From contig JBFWNU010000004.1 of the NCBI GenBank assembly GCA_050250895.1, forward strand, positions 270,934 to 334,933: a stretch of 64,000 nucleotides of DNA. The letters run 5' to 3'. Of this stretch, positions 19,124 through 28,546 are shown one piece after another (the stretch's first letter is position 1; each line of letters opens with the position of its first letter). A model generated the notes under the pieces. That model was not told the DNA's origin and did no database searches. It saw only the letters and a program-made list of their open reading frames with translations. This DNA is from Vulcanimicrobiota bacterium (lineage in GTDB: Bacteria > Vulcanimicrobiota > Xenobia > Xenobiales > JADMJV01). The position numbers were made by a program, and so were the translations under genes.

Positions 19124-22100
19124 ATGCTTCGTAAAGTGACCTTGACTGCGGTCTTCTTGCTCTTGATTTCGGCGGGTGCCTGGGCTCAGACCGAGGCTCA
19201 GCTGCAATCGTTTCTGGCCCGCATCAGCTCGATCGAGAACCTGGACCAGGGGGTGGCGGTGGCCGCCAGCGACCCCGAGACGGCTCAGGCGGTCTATCAA
19301 TACTGCCGTGAAACCATCGGGGCAGGCGGGGCCGACGAGCAGCAGGCCCAGGGCATGGTCTTCGTCATGAACATCATCGCGCGAGCCATGGCCGGGCTGG
19401 GCGATATGTCGTATGTTCAGGACCTTCAGGCCAACAACGTCTGGGTAGACGACCAGATGTGGGCGTCGCTGGGTGGCAGCCTTAACAGCAGTCAGGCGGC
19501 CCCGGTCGAACAACCCTCTGGAGACTTCGCCGACTACGACCGCTATCAATATCTGATTCGCATCGCCGCCAGCCTGGGCAACTTCAGTCGCTGTCTGGCC
19601 TATTTTCGCGAAGCTCTAGACAAACTTCCGGCCGTGGCCGCCGCCAGCGATTCGGGAATCGTGCTCGAATTTCTCGAACTGGCCGTCTATGCCGAACTCG
19701 GGCTCCACTCGACGGTGCTCGAGAAGGGGCCCGCCGTCCTGGCCAAGGTTCCAAGCTTGACCCTGGTCGAGGCCGACGACCGGGCCAGCATGCAGATCAT
19801 CGGCAAACTGATGCTGGCCAACGCCGAACTTTCGGGCGGCCAGGTCAAGCCGGCGCTGGCCTATCTCGACGACGCCGACAAACTGGTGTCAGGACTGGAA
19901 GGCAACGACCGCAAGGTGGCCCGCTTCACCCTCGAGACCGCTCGCTTTGCCCTCAAGCTCGAGCGTGACCCCGATATGCCCGTCCAGAGCGTATTGGCCG
20001 AAAAAGACCGGGTCTGGGCTCTGCTCGACGGCATCCCGGCCAAAGACGAAAGCATGAGCAATATGGTCGGTCCCGGGGCTCTGTGGCTGCAGCTACTCTG
20101 CTTCCGGGGCGCCCGGGCCCTGCCCGACGAGGCCCAGACACTCGGCGACGCCGCCGCCGCCCTGGGTCCTCGCATCACGGCCGTGATCGACCCCTCAGAA
20201 ATGGCCGAGCCTCAGGCCGATAACCCCCAATCGCTCTGGACCTTCGCTGTGGGGGCGGCCGAATTCGGTGACAAGAGCAACACGGTCGCCTCGACCTTCT
20301 TGGAGATCACCAAGATCTGTCGTGAGGCTCGCAAATATGATGCGGCTGCCAGTTGGCTCACCTATATGGAAGAGTTCGTCCCCATGCTCGACTACCCGGG
20401 CCAGATGGTCGACACGGCTCTGGCCCCTCTGGGTATTAGCGACAAGGAGCTAACCTCTCACGGTGGCGCTCAGCAGGTCCAGGGAAGATTCTACGAAGAA
20501 CAGGCCCGGCTCGAACTGGCCAAACTCGGCGCGGATCCCACGCCGGCCCAGGCCGGCCCGATCAAAGCCAAGCTCGAGAAAGCGGTGACCTTCTATCATC
20601 AAGCCGAGCGCCCGGGGGCGATGCTCAAACTGTATCCTCAGATCCTGTGGTTGAGCTATCTGATGGGTGAGGGGGATCCCGTGCCCAAGCTCAATGAACA
20701 CTACGACACGGTCAAGTCCTTTGGTGACCGCGAGCTCGAAATGGAGTATCTGGTGGTTCGCGGCAAGGTGCTGGCCGCCAAAGGAGACAAACAGGGTGCC
20801 ATCCGCGACTTCCAGGCGGCCACCGACCGGCTCGAGGAATTGATTACCAATCTCAACCCCACCGCCGCCGGGGCCAACCGTCTTCGGGAAGAGCGCTCCG
20901 ACGTCTATGACTACCTGGCCCGGCTGCAAATCGAGCAGGGCAACCCGCAACAGGCTCTCTTGACCATCGACGCCGCCCAGCAATTGCAGACCGTAGCCAA
21001 CTTTGCCAGCCGCGTGCGAGGCAAAGACGCGGCCACCGAAAAGACCTTGACTGAAGCTCGCGAAGCTCAGACCCGGTCCAAGTCGCTACAGATGGAACTG
21101 CAGACGATGCAGGCCCTACCGGCCGCTGAGCAACGCCCCGAACAGATCGCCCGCACCCAGCGACTGCTGGCCGATTCCAAAGCCACCTTCCTTCAGAAAG
21201 TGCGCGAACTGCGCACCGCCAACCCCGAGTATAGCCGGGTGCTGAGTGTCAACCCCATCGAATTCGGACGCCTGCAGAAATCCATCCCACCTCAGATGGC
21301 GGTGGTCCAATATTTTCCGACCGACAAGCGGCTCTACATCTTCGTCGTCACCGCCGAGGCTTTTCGCCTGCGCGAAGTCAACATCGGCGGACAAGAGATC
21401 ACCGAATTGGTCAAGAGCTTCCGCCGGCAGACGGCGGCCAAAGACAGCAAAGCCGGCTTCAGTTGGTCCTCGCCCGAGGCCGCCCCGCTGATAGCCACTC
21501 TCACTCAACTGCATAGCGCGCTGATCGATCCCATCGAGCAAGACCTGGCCACCTCCGAGGTGGTCGGGTTCATCCCCAGCGGCGAGCTGCACTATATGCC
21601 GCTGCAAGCCCTGGCCCGCAAGAAAGCCGATGGTAGCCCCGAGTTTCTTATCGAGCGCAAGCAGGTCGTCAGCCTGAGCAAAGCCACCGACCTGGTTTCG
21701 ATGGCCAGCCGGGCCAAGGTGACCAACCCGCAACTGGTGGCCTTTGGCAATCCCGACGGCACTCTACCCGGAGCCGGAGAGGAGTCGCGCGAGATTGCGG
21801 CGCTGTTCGGCAGCAAAGCTATCTTCACCGAAGCCAAAGCCACCGAAAAGCAACTGATCGCCTCGACCCCCGGAGCAGCCTATCTGCATCTGGCCACCCA
21901 CGGCAACCTCTCGAACCGCGACCCCAACAGTAGCTACCTGGTGATGGCCGGCGACGAAAAGCTGACTCCTCCAGACATCTTCGGCTTGCCTCTGGAAAAT
22001 ACCCGACTGGTGACCCTCTCGGCTTGCGAAACCGCCCTGGGCGGCCCCAACCCCGGCGCCGACATCACCAGCCTGGCGGAAGCCTTCTGGGCAGCCGGCC

Positions 22101-22300
22101 CGCCCACCGTAGTAGCCAGCCTGTGGCGGGTCTCCGACGACTCGACTCGCGAGCTGATGCTAGAGGCCTATACCCGTCTCAAGAAGGGCGAAAGCCCGGC
22201 CGCAGCCTTCCAGGCAGCCCAGATCAAGCTGCTGCATAGTCCGAAATACGCCCATCCCTTCTACTGGGCCCCGTTCATGGTCTATGGGGACTGGCGCTGA
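19124..22300 (+). CDS. Secreted TPR/helical-repeat CHAT-domain (caspase-like) protease
   Basis: Signal peptide ending AWA; HLATHG, VTLSACET, VVASLWRVSD, HPFYWAPF. Confidence 0.92.
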   Translation: MLRKVTLTAVFLLLISAGAWAQTEAQLQSFLARISSIENLDQGVAVAASDPETAQAVYQYCRETIGAGGADEQQAQGMVFVMNIIARAMAGLGDMSYVQDLQANNVWVDDQMWASLGGSLNSSQAAPVEQPSGDFADYDRYQYLIRIAASLGNFSRCLAYFREALDKLPAVAAASDSGIVLEFLELAVYAELGLHSTVLEKGPAVLAKVPSLTLVEADDRASMQIIGKLMLANAELSGGQVKPALAYLDDADKLVSGLEGNDRKVARFTLETARFALKLERDPDMPVQSVLAEKDRVWALLDGIPAKDESMSNMVGPGALWLQLLCFRGARALPDEAQTLGDAAAALGPRITAVIDPSEMAEPQADNPQSLWTFAVGAAEFGDKSNTVASTFLEITKICREARKYDAAASWLTYMEEFVPMLDYPGQMVDTALAPLGISDKELTSHGGAQQVQGRFYEEQARLELAKLGADPTPAQAGPIKAKLEKAVTFYHQAERPGAMLKLYPQILWLSYLMGEGDPVPKLNEHYDTVKSFGDRELEMEYLVVRGKVLAAKGDKQGAIRDFQAATDRLEELITNLNPTAAGANRLREERSDVYDYLARLQIEQGNPQQALLTIDAAQQLQTVANFASRVRGKDAATEKTLTEAREAQTRSKSLQMELQTMQALPAAEQRPEQIARTQRLLADSKATFLQKVRELRTANPEYSRVLSVNPIEFGRLQKSIPPQMAVVQYFPTDKRLYIFVVTAEAFRLREVNIGGQEITELVKSFRRQTAAKDSKAGFSWSSPEAAPLIATLTQLHSALIDPIEQDLATSEVVGFIPSGELHYMPLQALARKKADGSPEFLIERKQVVSLSKATDLVSMASRAKVTNPQLVAFGNPDGTLPGAGEESREIAALFGSKAIFTEAKATEKQLIASTPGAAYLHLATHGNLSNRDPNSSYLVMAGDEKLTPPDIFGLPLENTRLVTLSACETALGGPNPGADITSLAEAFWAAGPPTVVASLWRVSDDSTRELMLEAYTRLKKGESPAAAFQAAQIKLLHSPKYAHPFYWAPFMVYGDWR

Positions 22301-22342
22301 AATTCAGGGCGTTTTCATGCCCAATGACCATACTGGGTGGGC

Positions 22343-23377
22343 ATGGTCATCGGGCAGAACGTCGCTCCCCAGCCAGTGCGCCCCAAGCGCACCGTCGGTT
22401 CGATTTGTCGCGAGGTGTTCGAGCGCACCGGTGGAGTCATCGGCGCGGCCGGCCAGGTAGCCGGCAGCCTCTTGCCGTCGACCATCGTGGGAGCGACCGA
22501 AGGCCTGCGCCGGGCCAAGCACCCGGACCAACCCGCCGACCCTAAGAAAATCGCCCTCTGGGTTACCGCCGGCACAGCCGCCCAGGCCTTACTACCCACC
22601 GCCGCCCTCGGCTATTGGGCGGCCGGCTGGAAGGGCGCCGCGGTGGCGCTCGGTGGTCAGGGTGCGGGAGCGGCTACCGGTGTGATCATGTTCGCCCGAG
22701 GCGGTTCGGCCGACCTGGTCGGCAAGGGAATGGCCAACGACCTCAATGCCGCCCTCGAAGGCGAGACCAACCCCGGCAAAGCGACGCTCAAAGGCCTCAA
22801 GACCGGCTTGCTCAGCGGCGCGGTCCTCAACGCCAAAGCCGGCTATCGCGAAGGGACCGGGGCCTTTTCGGGATTTATCGAAGGGGTTCGCACTGTTCCC
22901 GAGTCTTTTCGCGGGGCCGGCTCGGTCAAGCTGACCGGCTCGGGCCTGGCCAAATCGGCTCAAGTCGTGGCCGGGGCTGTTACCGCCGGACTGGCGGTGC
23001 CGGCCGGGATTGTGCACGGCATCGTCGAGGGGCTGGGCGGCTCCGAGAGCTATGGACTGACCCGCCAGGTGGCCTATACCGCCGGGGGCCTGGCCGTGAC
23101 CCTGGCCAGCTGGCCGCTGGCCTTCGGGGCCCTGACCCCCGCCCTCATCGCCGCTGGCGCCGGTGGGGCCGTGGGAGCCGTTTCGGCCCTGGTAGCCGGC
23201 CGCGACTCGATGGAAAAAGTCCCGGCGGCCGTCAAGCACGCCCAGCGTGACAACAAAGTCTTCGACGATCCCATCAGCGATCGCCGCCAGAAGATGTTCG
23301 AAGGCGCCTTCGCCGGAGCGGCCGTGGCCGCCGGAGTCGGTTGGCGCAAAGGCGCCAAGCTGCTCGGTGCGACCTAG
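22343..23377 (+). CDS. Gly/Ala-rich membrane-associated hypothetical protein
   Basis: Long ORF with several small-residue hydrophobic helices and an apparent two-fold internal repeat. Confidence 0.7.
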   Translation: MVIGQNVAPQPVRPKRTVGSICREVFERTGGVIGAAGQVAGSLLPSTIVGATEGLRRAKHPDQPADPKKIALWVTAGTAAQALLPTAALGYWAAGWKGAAVALGGQGAGAATGVIMFARGGSADLVGKGMANDLNAALEGETNPGKATLKGLKTGLLSGAVLNAKAGYREGTGAFSGFIEGVRTVPESFRGAGSVKLTGSGLAKSAQVVAGAVTAGLAVPAGIVHGIVEGLGGSESYGLTRQVAYTAGGLAVTLASWPLAFGALTPALIAAGAGGAVGAVSALVAGRDSMEKVPAAVKHAQRDNKVFDDPISDRRQKMFEGAFAGAAVAAGVGWRKGAKLLGAT

Positions 23378-23404
23378 GCAGCCCGGCTTCGCTTGCCACC
23401 AAGA

Positions 23405-23433
23405 AGAGAGCGACGGCCGAGCCGTCGCTCTCT
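23405..23433. terminator. 13-bp perfect hairpin between convergent genes
   Basis: AGAGAGCGACGGC-CGA-GCCGTCGCTCTCT; no U-tract. Confidence 0.55.
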
Positions 23434-23455
23434 GCGATCGTCGACCCGGTCGCGG

Positions 23456-24457
23456 CTAGCCAGCCTGGAGGACCTTCTGGGCCTCGGCCGTCTTCTCGGC
23501 TTTGATGCGAGCGTAGTTGCCTTTCCACTCTTCGTGATAGGCGGCTCGCTCATCGGCCCACTGCTTGAGGTACTGCTGCTCACCGATCTCGCCCAGGGCG
23601 AAAGCTCGCGTGCTGGGATACTCCTTCCAGGCGATAGGCTCCCAGGAGTCGGTCGTGCCGCCGATAGCCTGGCGAACGTTCGGCCCCACCGCCTCGCCGA
23701 GCTTGTAGATACCCGCCTCGACGCCGCGCCAGTAGTGGGTCTTCTGCATCCAGCCGTTGTGCATGCCATTGAGCAAACAGTAGTCGTCGTCAGGATGCTT
23801 GTGGTGCTGGAAGTGCGGCTCGGGCTTGACGGCGATACCCGCCTTCTGCAAAAGCTGGATGGCGACCGGCGGATTCTTCTGGTGGGCGTAGCGATGGAAC
23901 GCCTGGGCCAGGAAGCCTCCACTGAGGGCTCCCAAACTAAAGGCCGCAGCAGCCGGGTGCATGGCGCCGGTGAAGGCAGCCAGGCCCACCAGCGGCGCGG
24001 CCAGGAACTTGCCGACATGCTGGGTGTTGTGCCAGATGTCCGACTCGCTCATGTCGTGGGGCCAATCGTGATGGGTCTGGAAGATAGCGGCCGTCTCGTT
24101 GAGGAAGCCGTCGCCGGTCTTGGCGGGATAGTTGTCGAAAAAGTGGTGAACGTGCCCGCCCAGCCAGTCGGCGGCCGTATAACCGGCTGCCAGTCCGGCC
24201 ACCGTGCCCAGGGCAAGGCCGACATTACCGGTGCTGGCCACATCATAGGCGATGCGCCCGGCGGCCACGGCCATCGCGCCCAGGCAGATCGCTCCGATGG
24301 CAACGTGCGAGGGCTTGGGGGCCGGACGAAGGATGGTGGCTACATCCTCCATGCTCATCTTGACGCCGTCGACCTGGGTGACATCGGGCTCGTCGGTCTT
24401 GGGGGCCACGGCTCTGGCCACGAAGGGGATGGTATTCTTCACGGGGCAAACCTGCAT
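23456..24457 (-). CDS. carF: CarF/TMEM189 (PEDS1/FAD4) family lipid desaturase, copy 1
   Basis: ADW..G.VHHFFDNY, FQTHH, FHRYAH, HFQHH, YCLLNG His boxes. Confidence 0.85.
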   Translation of the reverse strand: MQVCPVKNTIPFVARAVAPKTDEPDVTQVDGVKMSMEDVATILRPAPKPSHVAIGAICLGAMAVAAGRIAYDVASTGNVGLALGTVAGLAAGYTAADWLGGHVHHFFDNYPAKTGDGFLNETAAIFQTHHDWPHDMSESDIWHNTQHVGKFLAAPLVGLAAFTGAMHPAAAAFSLGALSGGFLAQAFHRYAHQKNPPVAIQLLQKAGIAVKPEPHFQHHKHPDDDYCLLNGMHNGWMQKTHYWRGVEAGIYKLGEAVGPNVRQAIGGTTDSWEPIAWKEYPSTRAFALGEIGEQQYLKQWADERAAYHEEWKGNYARIKAEKTAEAQKVLQAG

Positions 24458-24727
24458 CTTTGCTCCACCTCAATCTTCAAGTTGGGGTGAGATGCAGTCT
24501 GGCGTAGTGGACAGTCTGAAGATAGCGGGCCGCCCTGAAAGTAGCCTTACAGAATCACGGGTTAGGATGATATCCCCTGAGCAGCTCGGACAGCATCTCG
24601 GTGCGACGGTTGTAATAATCGGTGTGCATGTGGACCACTTTGAACTCTTTGCCGAAGCGACGCCAGACGATGGTCACTCGCTGCTCGGGTGCCGGGAGTC
24701 GAGCCCGGCCGCCTCGAAGTGGAGCGG

Positions 24728-25153
24728 ATGAGAAGCTTGATCCTGGTGCTCTTTCTGCTGGCGATCCCAGCCTGGTGCGACGGCCTGGCCGGCCACTGGT
24801 CCCTGGTCGAGGTCGAGACGGACGGGCAGAAGAACCGCGACCCACGATGGGAGTTCGAGCTCTGGCTGGAAAGCGACGGCCAGGCCAAACTTTGGTCGCG
24901 GCAGACCACCGAAATTCGCACCACGTCCGGGGTCAAATCGCGAATGGACGAGGTCGAACTGGAGGGGAAGTATCGGGTGGAAGGCAAGCAACTGGTCTTT
25001 TTTTGGAAGAACAAGTCCGAAGCGCAAGCCCTGCTCGAGGCCAACTTCGGCCCACTGCGCGCCGATGGCAGCCGACAGGTCAACTTCGACCTGGCCAAAC
25101 AGTTGGCCTTGTCCGGACCCCGCATTCTGCGTTTCGCCAGGGCGACCCCCTAG
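24728..25153 (+). CDS. Secreted hypothetical protein (lipocalin-like beta barrel?)
   Basis: Signal peptide then LAGHWSLV; GGAG SD. Confidence 0.7.
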   Translation: MRSLILVLFLLAIPAWCDGLAGHWSLVEVETDGQKNRDPRWEFELWLESDGQAKLWSRQTTEIRTTSGVKSRMDEVELEGKYRVEGKQLVFFWKNKSEAQALLEANFGPLRADGSRQVNFDLAKQLALSGPRILRFARATP

Positions 25154-25274
25154 CCGAGGACACCGAAGCTAGCGCTCTCCCTGGCCGGTCCGTTGGCTTG
25201 CAAAAAGTGAAAATCTGTATGACAAAGCTTCAAATAGTAAAGGAGAACGCGGCCCAAGTCATAAACCTGTCGAA

Positions 25275-25988
25275 ATGTTCTCCCACAAGCTTCGTTCGGA
25301 TGCTGTTGCAACCTCGCTAGAGGGCGAAACCCTCATCTATCTCGGCCGAGAGAAGAAGGTCCACCTGTTGGGCGCCACCGTCGGTCGGCTCCTCCCCCAC
25401 TGCGGCTCGAACCTGACCATCGACCAGGTGGCTCGGCTCGAGGAATTGGCTCCCGAGGTGGTCGAGGCAGGGCTGGCCCAAATCGAAGCCGCCGGACTGC
25501 TCGAGGGTGCCGACCCCGAACGTCGCAAGCTGCTCAAGCAATTGACCGCCGCGGCCATTTTGCCGGCGGTGATGTCGGTGGCGGTGCCGCGCCCGGCCCT
25601 GGCCGGCTCGACGGCCATCGATGACGACTCGGGAGTGGGCTGTGAAGACCAGGGCATTCCGGGCTTTCCCCCGGCCGGCTGCCAGCCTTGCTGCGACTCG
25701 CAGAGCAGCTGCTGTAGTGGCGGCGTGGCAGTCGCCTGTCCCACCGTCGGCAACTGCTTTTGCGCCACCCGCATCCGATGTGCCGGCAGCAACTGCTGCG
25801 CTGGCTCGTGCGCAGGCGATGCCCCGGAGGCTTCTCCGACTGAGGGCTTCACCTTCTTTTGCAACGACTTCCCCAACTCGGCCTGCTGCGGGGGCGGCGC
25901 TCACTGCCAGCGGGATTGCGGGCTGGCTCGCCAGGCCGCCTGCGGAGCAGGTCTGTCGGTCTATCACTGCTGCGAGAGCTGCAGCTAA
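25275..25988 (+). CDS. PqqD/RRE-like domain fused to RR leader and Cys-rich core (RiPP-precursor-like)
   Basis: ETLIY...KVHLL...C winged-helix-like region; ERRKLLKQL...PAVMSVAVPRPALA; 22 Cys in the C-terminal ~125 aa. Confidence 0.8.
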   Translation: MFSHKLRSDAVATSLEGETLIYLGREKKVHLLGATVGRLLPHCGSNLTIDQVARLEELAPEVVEAGLAQIEAAGLLEGADPERRKLLKQLTAAAILPAVMSVAVPRPALAGSTAIDDDSGVGCEDQGIPGFPPAGCQPCCDSQSSCCSGGVAVACPTVGNCFCATRIRCAGSNCCAGSCAGDAPEASPTEGFTFFCNDFPNSACCGGGAHCQRDCGLARQAACGAGLSVYHCCESCS

Positions 25989-27085
25989 TCTCCCACCGGC
26001 ACGTAGACGCCGTCGACCACCAGATAGCCGTCTTCTTCGCGCAACTCGGGTAGGGCTCGCGCCGCGGCATCTTCGAACTGCCGCTCGAGGCTGACCTGGT
26101 GGTCGAGGGCCAGCAACTGACCCTCGGCCTGCACATAGACCCGGCCGTCGGCGGCCTGGGCAGGAGCCACCGGGCCTGCCCCGGTCCACTGCCAGTCGAG
26201 GCGACCGCTGGCCCGATCCAACGCCGTGACACCCGAGGCACCGCCCGTGACCAGGGCCGGGCCCAAGCTCGGCTCGGTGCGGCCGGCCGTCGCCTTCCAG
26301 GTCTCGTCGCCACTGGCCGGGGCCAGGCTGTGGACGGTGTCGTCCGCGCCAGCCACATACAGTTGCTCGGCCGCCGTCAGGCGAGGCGAGGCGGCCACCT
26401 GGCGTTTCCATAGAGAGTTGCCGGCCGGGTCACAGGCCTCGACCTGACCGGCGTGATAGCCGAGATAGACGCGCGCGCCATCGCTATCGACCGAATCGAG
26501 CATGGGAAAGCGGTTGATGGTCAGGGTGGGGCGATCGACCTTCCACACCTGGGCGCCGGTGGTGGGGTCAAGCGCCTGGGCGCCCACCCAGTTGGGGCGC
26601 GTCAGGCCGTCCCAGAGCAAGAGATTGCCGTCCTTGCCCAACCGTGGCCCCCGCAAGTTGGGGTCGACCGAAATGGTCCAGGCCGGCTTACCCTCGACCA
26701 ACACCGTCAACCGGTCGCGACTACGCACGGCCACCGCCTGGTCGGAGGCCCGGGTGAGCATTCGAGCCTCGGAAACCTCGGCCTGCCAGAGCCTGCGGCC
26801 GGTGAGGGGGTCCAGGGCCTCGACCGAATCGGGGCCGGCCACCACCAGGCAGTGTGGATTGAGCGCTACGGGCTCGGCCGTCAACTGGCGCGTCTGAGTG
26901 TAGAGGGGCTGACCGGCGGTGGAAAAGACCGACAGGCCGTCGGGGCCGCGCACGACCACGGCCTGGCCGGCGACCACCGGACGGCTGCTAGGAGCGGCCT
27001 CGACGGGCTGGCTCCAGTCAGGTTGAACCTGGCGGTGGCGGTCTTCGAGCACGATCGCCGACACCGGGCGTGGAGAGATGAGCAC
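25985..27085 (-). CDS. PQQ-like (BamB-type) beta-propeller repeat protein
   Basis: Repeated ALDP.TG..LW blades. Confidence 0.85.
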   Translation of the reverse strand: MLISPRPVSAIVLEDRHRQVQPDWSQPVEAAPSSRPVVAGQAVVVRGPDGLSVFSTAGQPLYTQTRQLTAEPVALNPHCLVVAGPDSVEALDPLTGRRLWQAEVSEARMLTRASDQAVAVRSRDRLTVLVEGKPAWTISVDPNLRGPRLGKDGNLLLWDGLTRPNWVGAQALDPTTGAQVWKVDRPTLTINRFPMLDSVDSDGARVYLGYHAGQVEACDPAGNSLWKRQVAASPRLTAAEQLYVAGADDTVHSLAPASGDETWKATAGRTEPSLGPALVTGGASGVTALDRASGRLDWQWTGAGPVAPAQAADGRVYVQAEGQLLALDHQVSLERQFEDAAARALPELREEDGYLVVDGVYVPVGD

Positions 27086-27130
27086 GAAATCACTCTGGCA
27101 CGGGCGGGGGTCGGGTGTGTGAACCGGGTG

Positions 27131-28360
27131 TTACTTCTCGTCGGGGCCATAGACCAGGCGCACGCCCCACTTCCAGGCCACATAGGCCCAGGCCCAGCGA
27201 GCCGTGACCAGCACCCGGTTCTGAAAATCGACGATGCGCAGCAGGTGGTGATAGAGCCAGGTGGCCCAACCGCGGGTGCCAGTGTAGTGGCGCCCGCCCA
27301 GCAGGGCCACCCCGCGGGTTCGCCCCACCGTGGCCATGATGCCCTCATCGTGATAGACGAAGGGCTCGGTGGCTTGCCCGGCCGCCAGGCGCACCAGGTT
27401 CTGACCGGCGTGACGCCCCTGCTGCATAGCCACCGGGGCCATGGCGGGCAAGCCGTCGAGGCTGGCCATGTCCCCCAGGCAGAAGACGCGCTCGGCCACC
27501 CGCAGATCGGGTCCGGTGAGGATCTGACCGCGAGCATTGGTGGCATATCCCAGCTTCCTGGCCAGGGGCACGCCCTCGATGCCGCCAGCCCAAACGACCG
27601 TATGGGCTTCGAGGGCCCGGTTGGTGGTGGTGAGCCCGCCGGGGCCGATCGAGGTCACCCGTTCGCCCAGCCAAACCTCGACGCCCAACGCTTCGAGGTC
27701 GCGCTGGGCGGCCCGGCAGAGGTCTTCGGGAAAGAAGCTGATCAAGCGGTCGCCCCCTTCGATGAGCACGATGCGCGCGTCTTGCGGGTCGATCGAGCGA
27801 AAATCCCAGCGCAGCACGTGGCTGCGCAACTCGGCGAAGGCTCCTGAAAGCTCGACGCCGGTGGGGCCGCCACCCACCACGGCGATGGTCATCAGGCGGC
27901 GGCGCAGTTCGGGGTCGCTGCTCTTCTCGGCCGACTCGAAGGCCAGCAAGACGCGCTTGCGAATAGCCAGGGCCTCTTCGATCGACTTGAGACCGTAGGC
28001 GTGCTCTGACCACTCGGGATGGCCAAAAAACGAGGTCTGGCCGCCCACCGCCAGCACCAGGTAATCATAGTCGAGACGCACCTCGCCGTCATCGAGCACG
28101 ACCTGGCGAGCCTCGGCGTCGTGACCGGTCATCTCGCCCATCAACACCCGCACGTTGGCCCGGTCGCGAAAGATGGCCCGCACCGGGCTGGCGATTTCAG
28201 AGGGGTTGAGCCCGGCCGAGGCGACCTGATAGAGCAAGGCCTGGAAGAGGTGATGGTTGCGCCGGTCCACCAGCGTAATCTGCCAGTCGGACGAGGTGGG
28301 CAGGACCCGCACCACGGCCAGACCCGCAAAGCCCGCCCCGATGACCACCACCCGCCTCAT
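27131..28360 (-). CDS. ndh: Type II NADH dehydrogenase (NDH-2 family)
   Basis: VIGAGFAG, HLFQALLYQVA, VGGGPTGVELSG, APVAMQQG. Confidence 0.93.
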   Translation of the reverse strand: MRRVVVIGAGFAGLAVVRVLPTSSDWQITLVDRRNHHLFQALLYQVASAGLNPSEIASPVRAIFRDRANVRVLMGEMTGHDAEARQVVLDDGEVRLDYDYLVLAVGGQTSFFGHPEWSEHAYGLKSIEEALAIRKRVLLAFESAEKSSDPELRRRLMTIAVVGGGPTGVELSGAFAELRSHVLRWDFRSIDPQDARIVLIEGGDRLISFFPEDLCRAAQRDLEALGVEVWLGERVTSIGPGGLTTTNRALEAHTVVWAGGIEGVPLARKLGYATNARGQILTGPDLRVAERVFCLGDMASLDGLPAMAPVAMQQGRHAGQNLVRLAAGQATEPFVYHDEGIMATVGRTRGVALLGGRHYTGTRGWATWLYHHLLRIVDFQNRVLVTARWAWAYVAWKWGVRLVYGPDEK

Positions 28361-28426
28361 TGTGAACGCACGGTTAACCTTTTATGAACTGGGTTTAGGC
28401 AGGCGGCGACCAGGAAACGGAGAGGC

Positions 28427-28546
28427 ATGAGTATCGTGCAGAAAAAGAAGAAGAGACCTGCTCGTCCACTTCTTGCCGGCAAGAAAAAGCCTGCACCCAG
28501 GCCCGGGGCCAAAGCCAAGCTCTGGCGGCTAGAGATCACTCTTTAG
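28427..28546 (+). CDS. 39-aa Lys/Arg/Pro-rich basic small protein
   Basis: GGAGAGG SD then MSIVQKKKKRPARPLLAGKKKPAPRPGAKAKLWRLEITL*; below ORF-track cutoff. Confidence 0.55.
   Translation: MSIVQKKKKRPARPLLAGKKKPAPRPGAKAKLWRLEITL

Noticed and set aside
23393-24490. 365-aa plus-strand ORF and similar long antisense ORFs (12179-13195, 15590-16576, 26453-27847, 58876-59679)
   Set aside because: Shadow frames expected from high-GC codon bias opposite motif-supported genes.
25275-27085. PQQ biosynthesis cluster (PqqD-like gene beside a PQQ-like propeller)
   Set aside because: The genes are convergent, there are no pqqA/B/C/E genes, and both names describe folds only.
28357-28539. 60-aa minus-strand ORF between exbB and ndh as an ExbD
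   Set aside because: No ExbD motif; the opposite-strand 39-aa ORF has the better SD.
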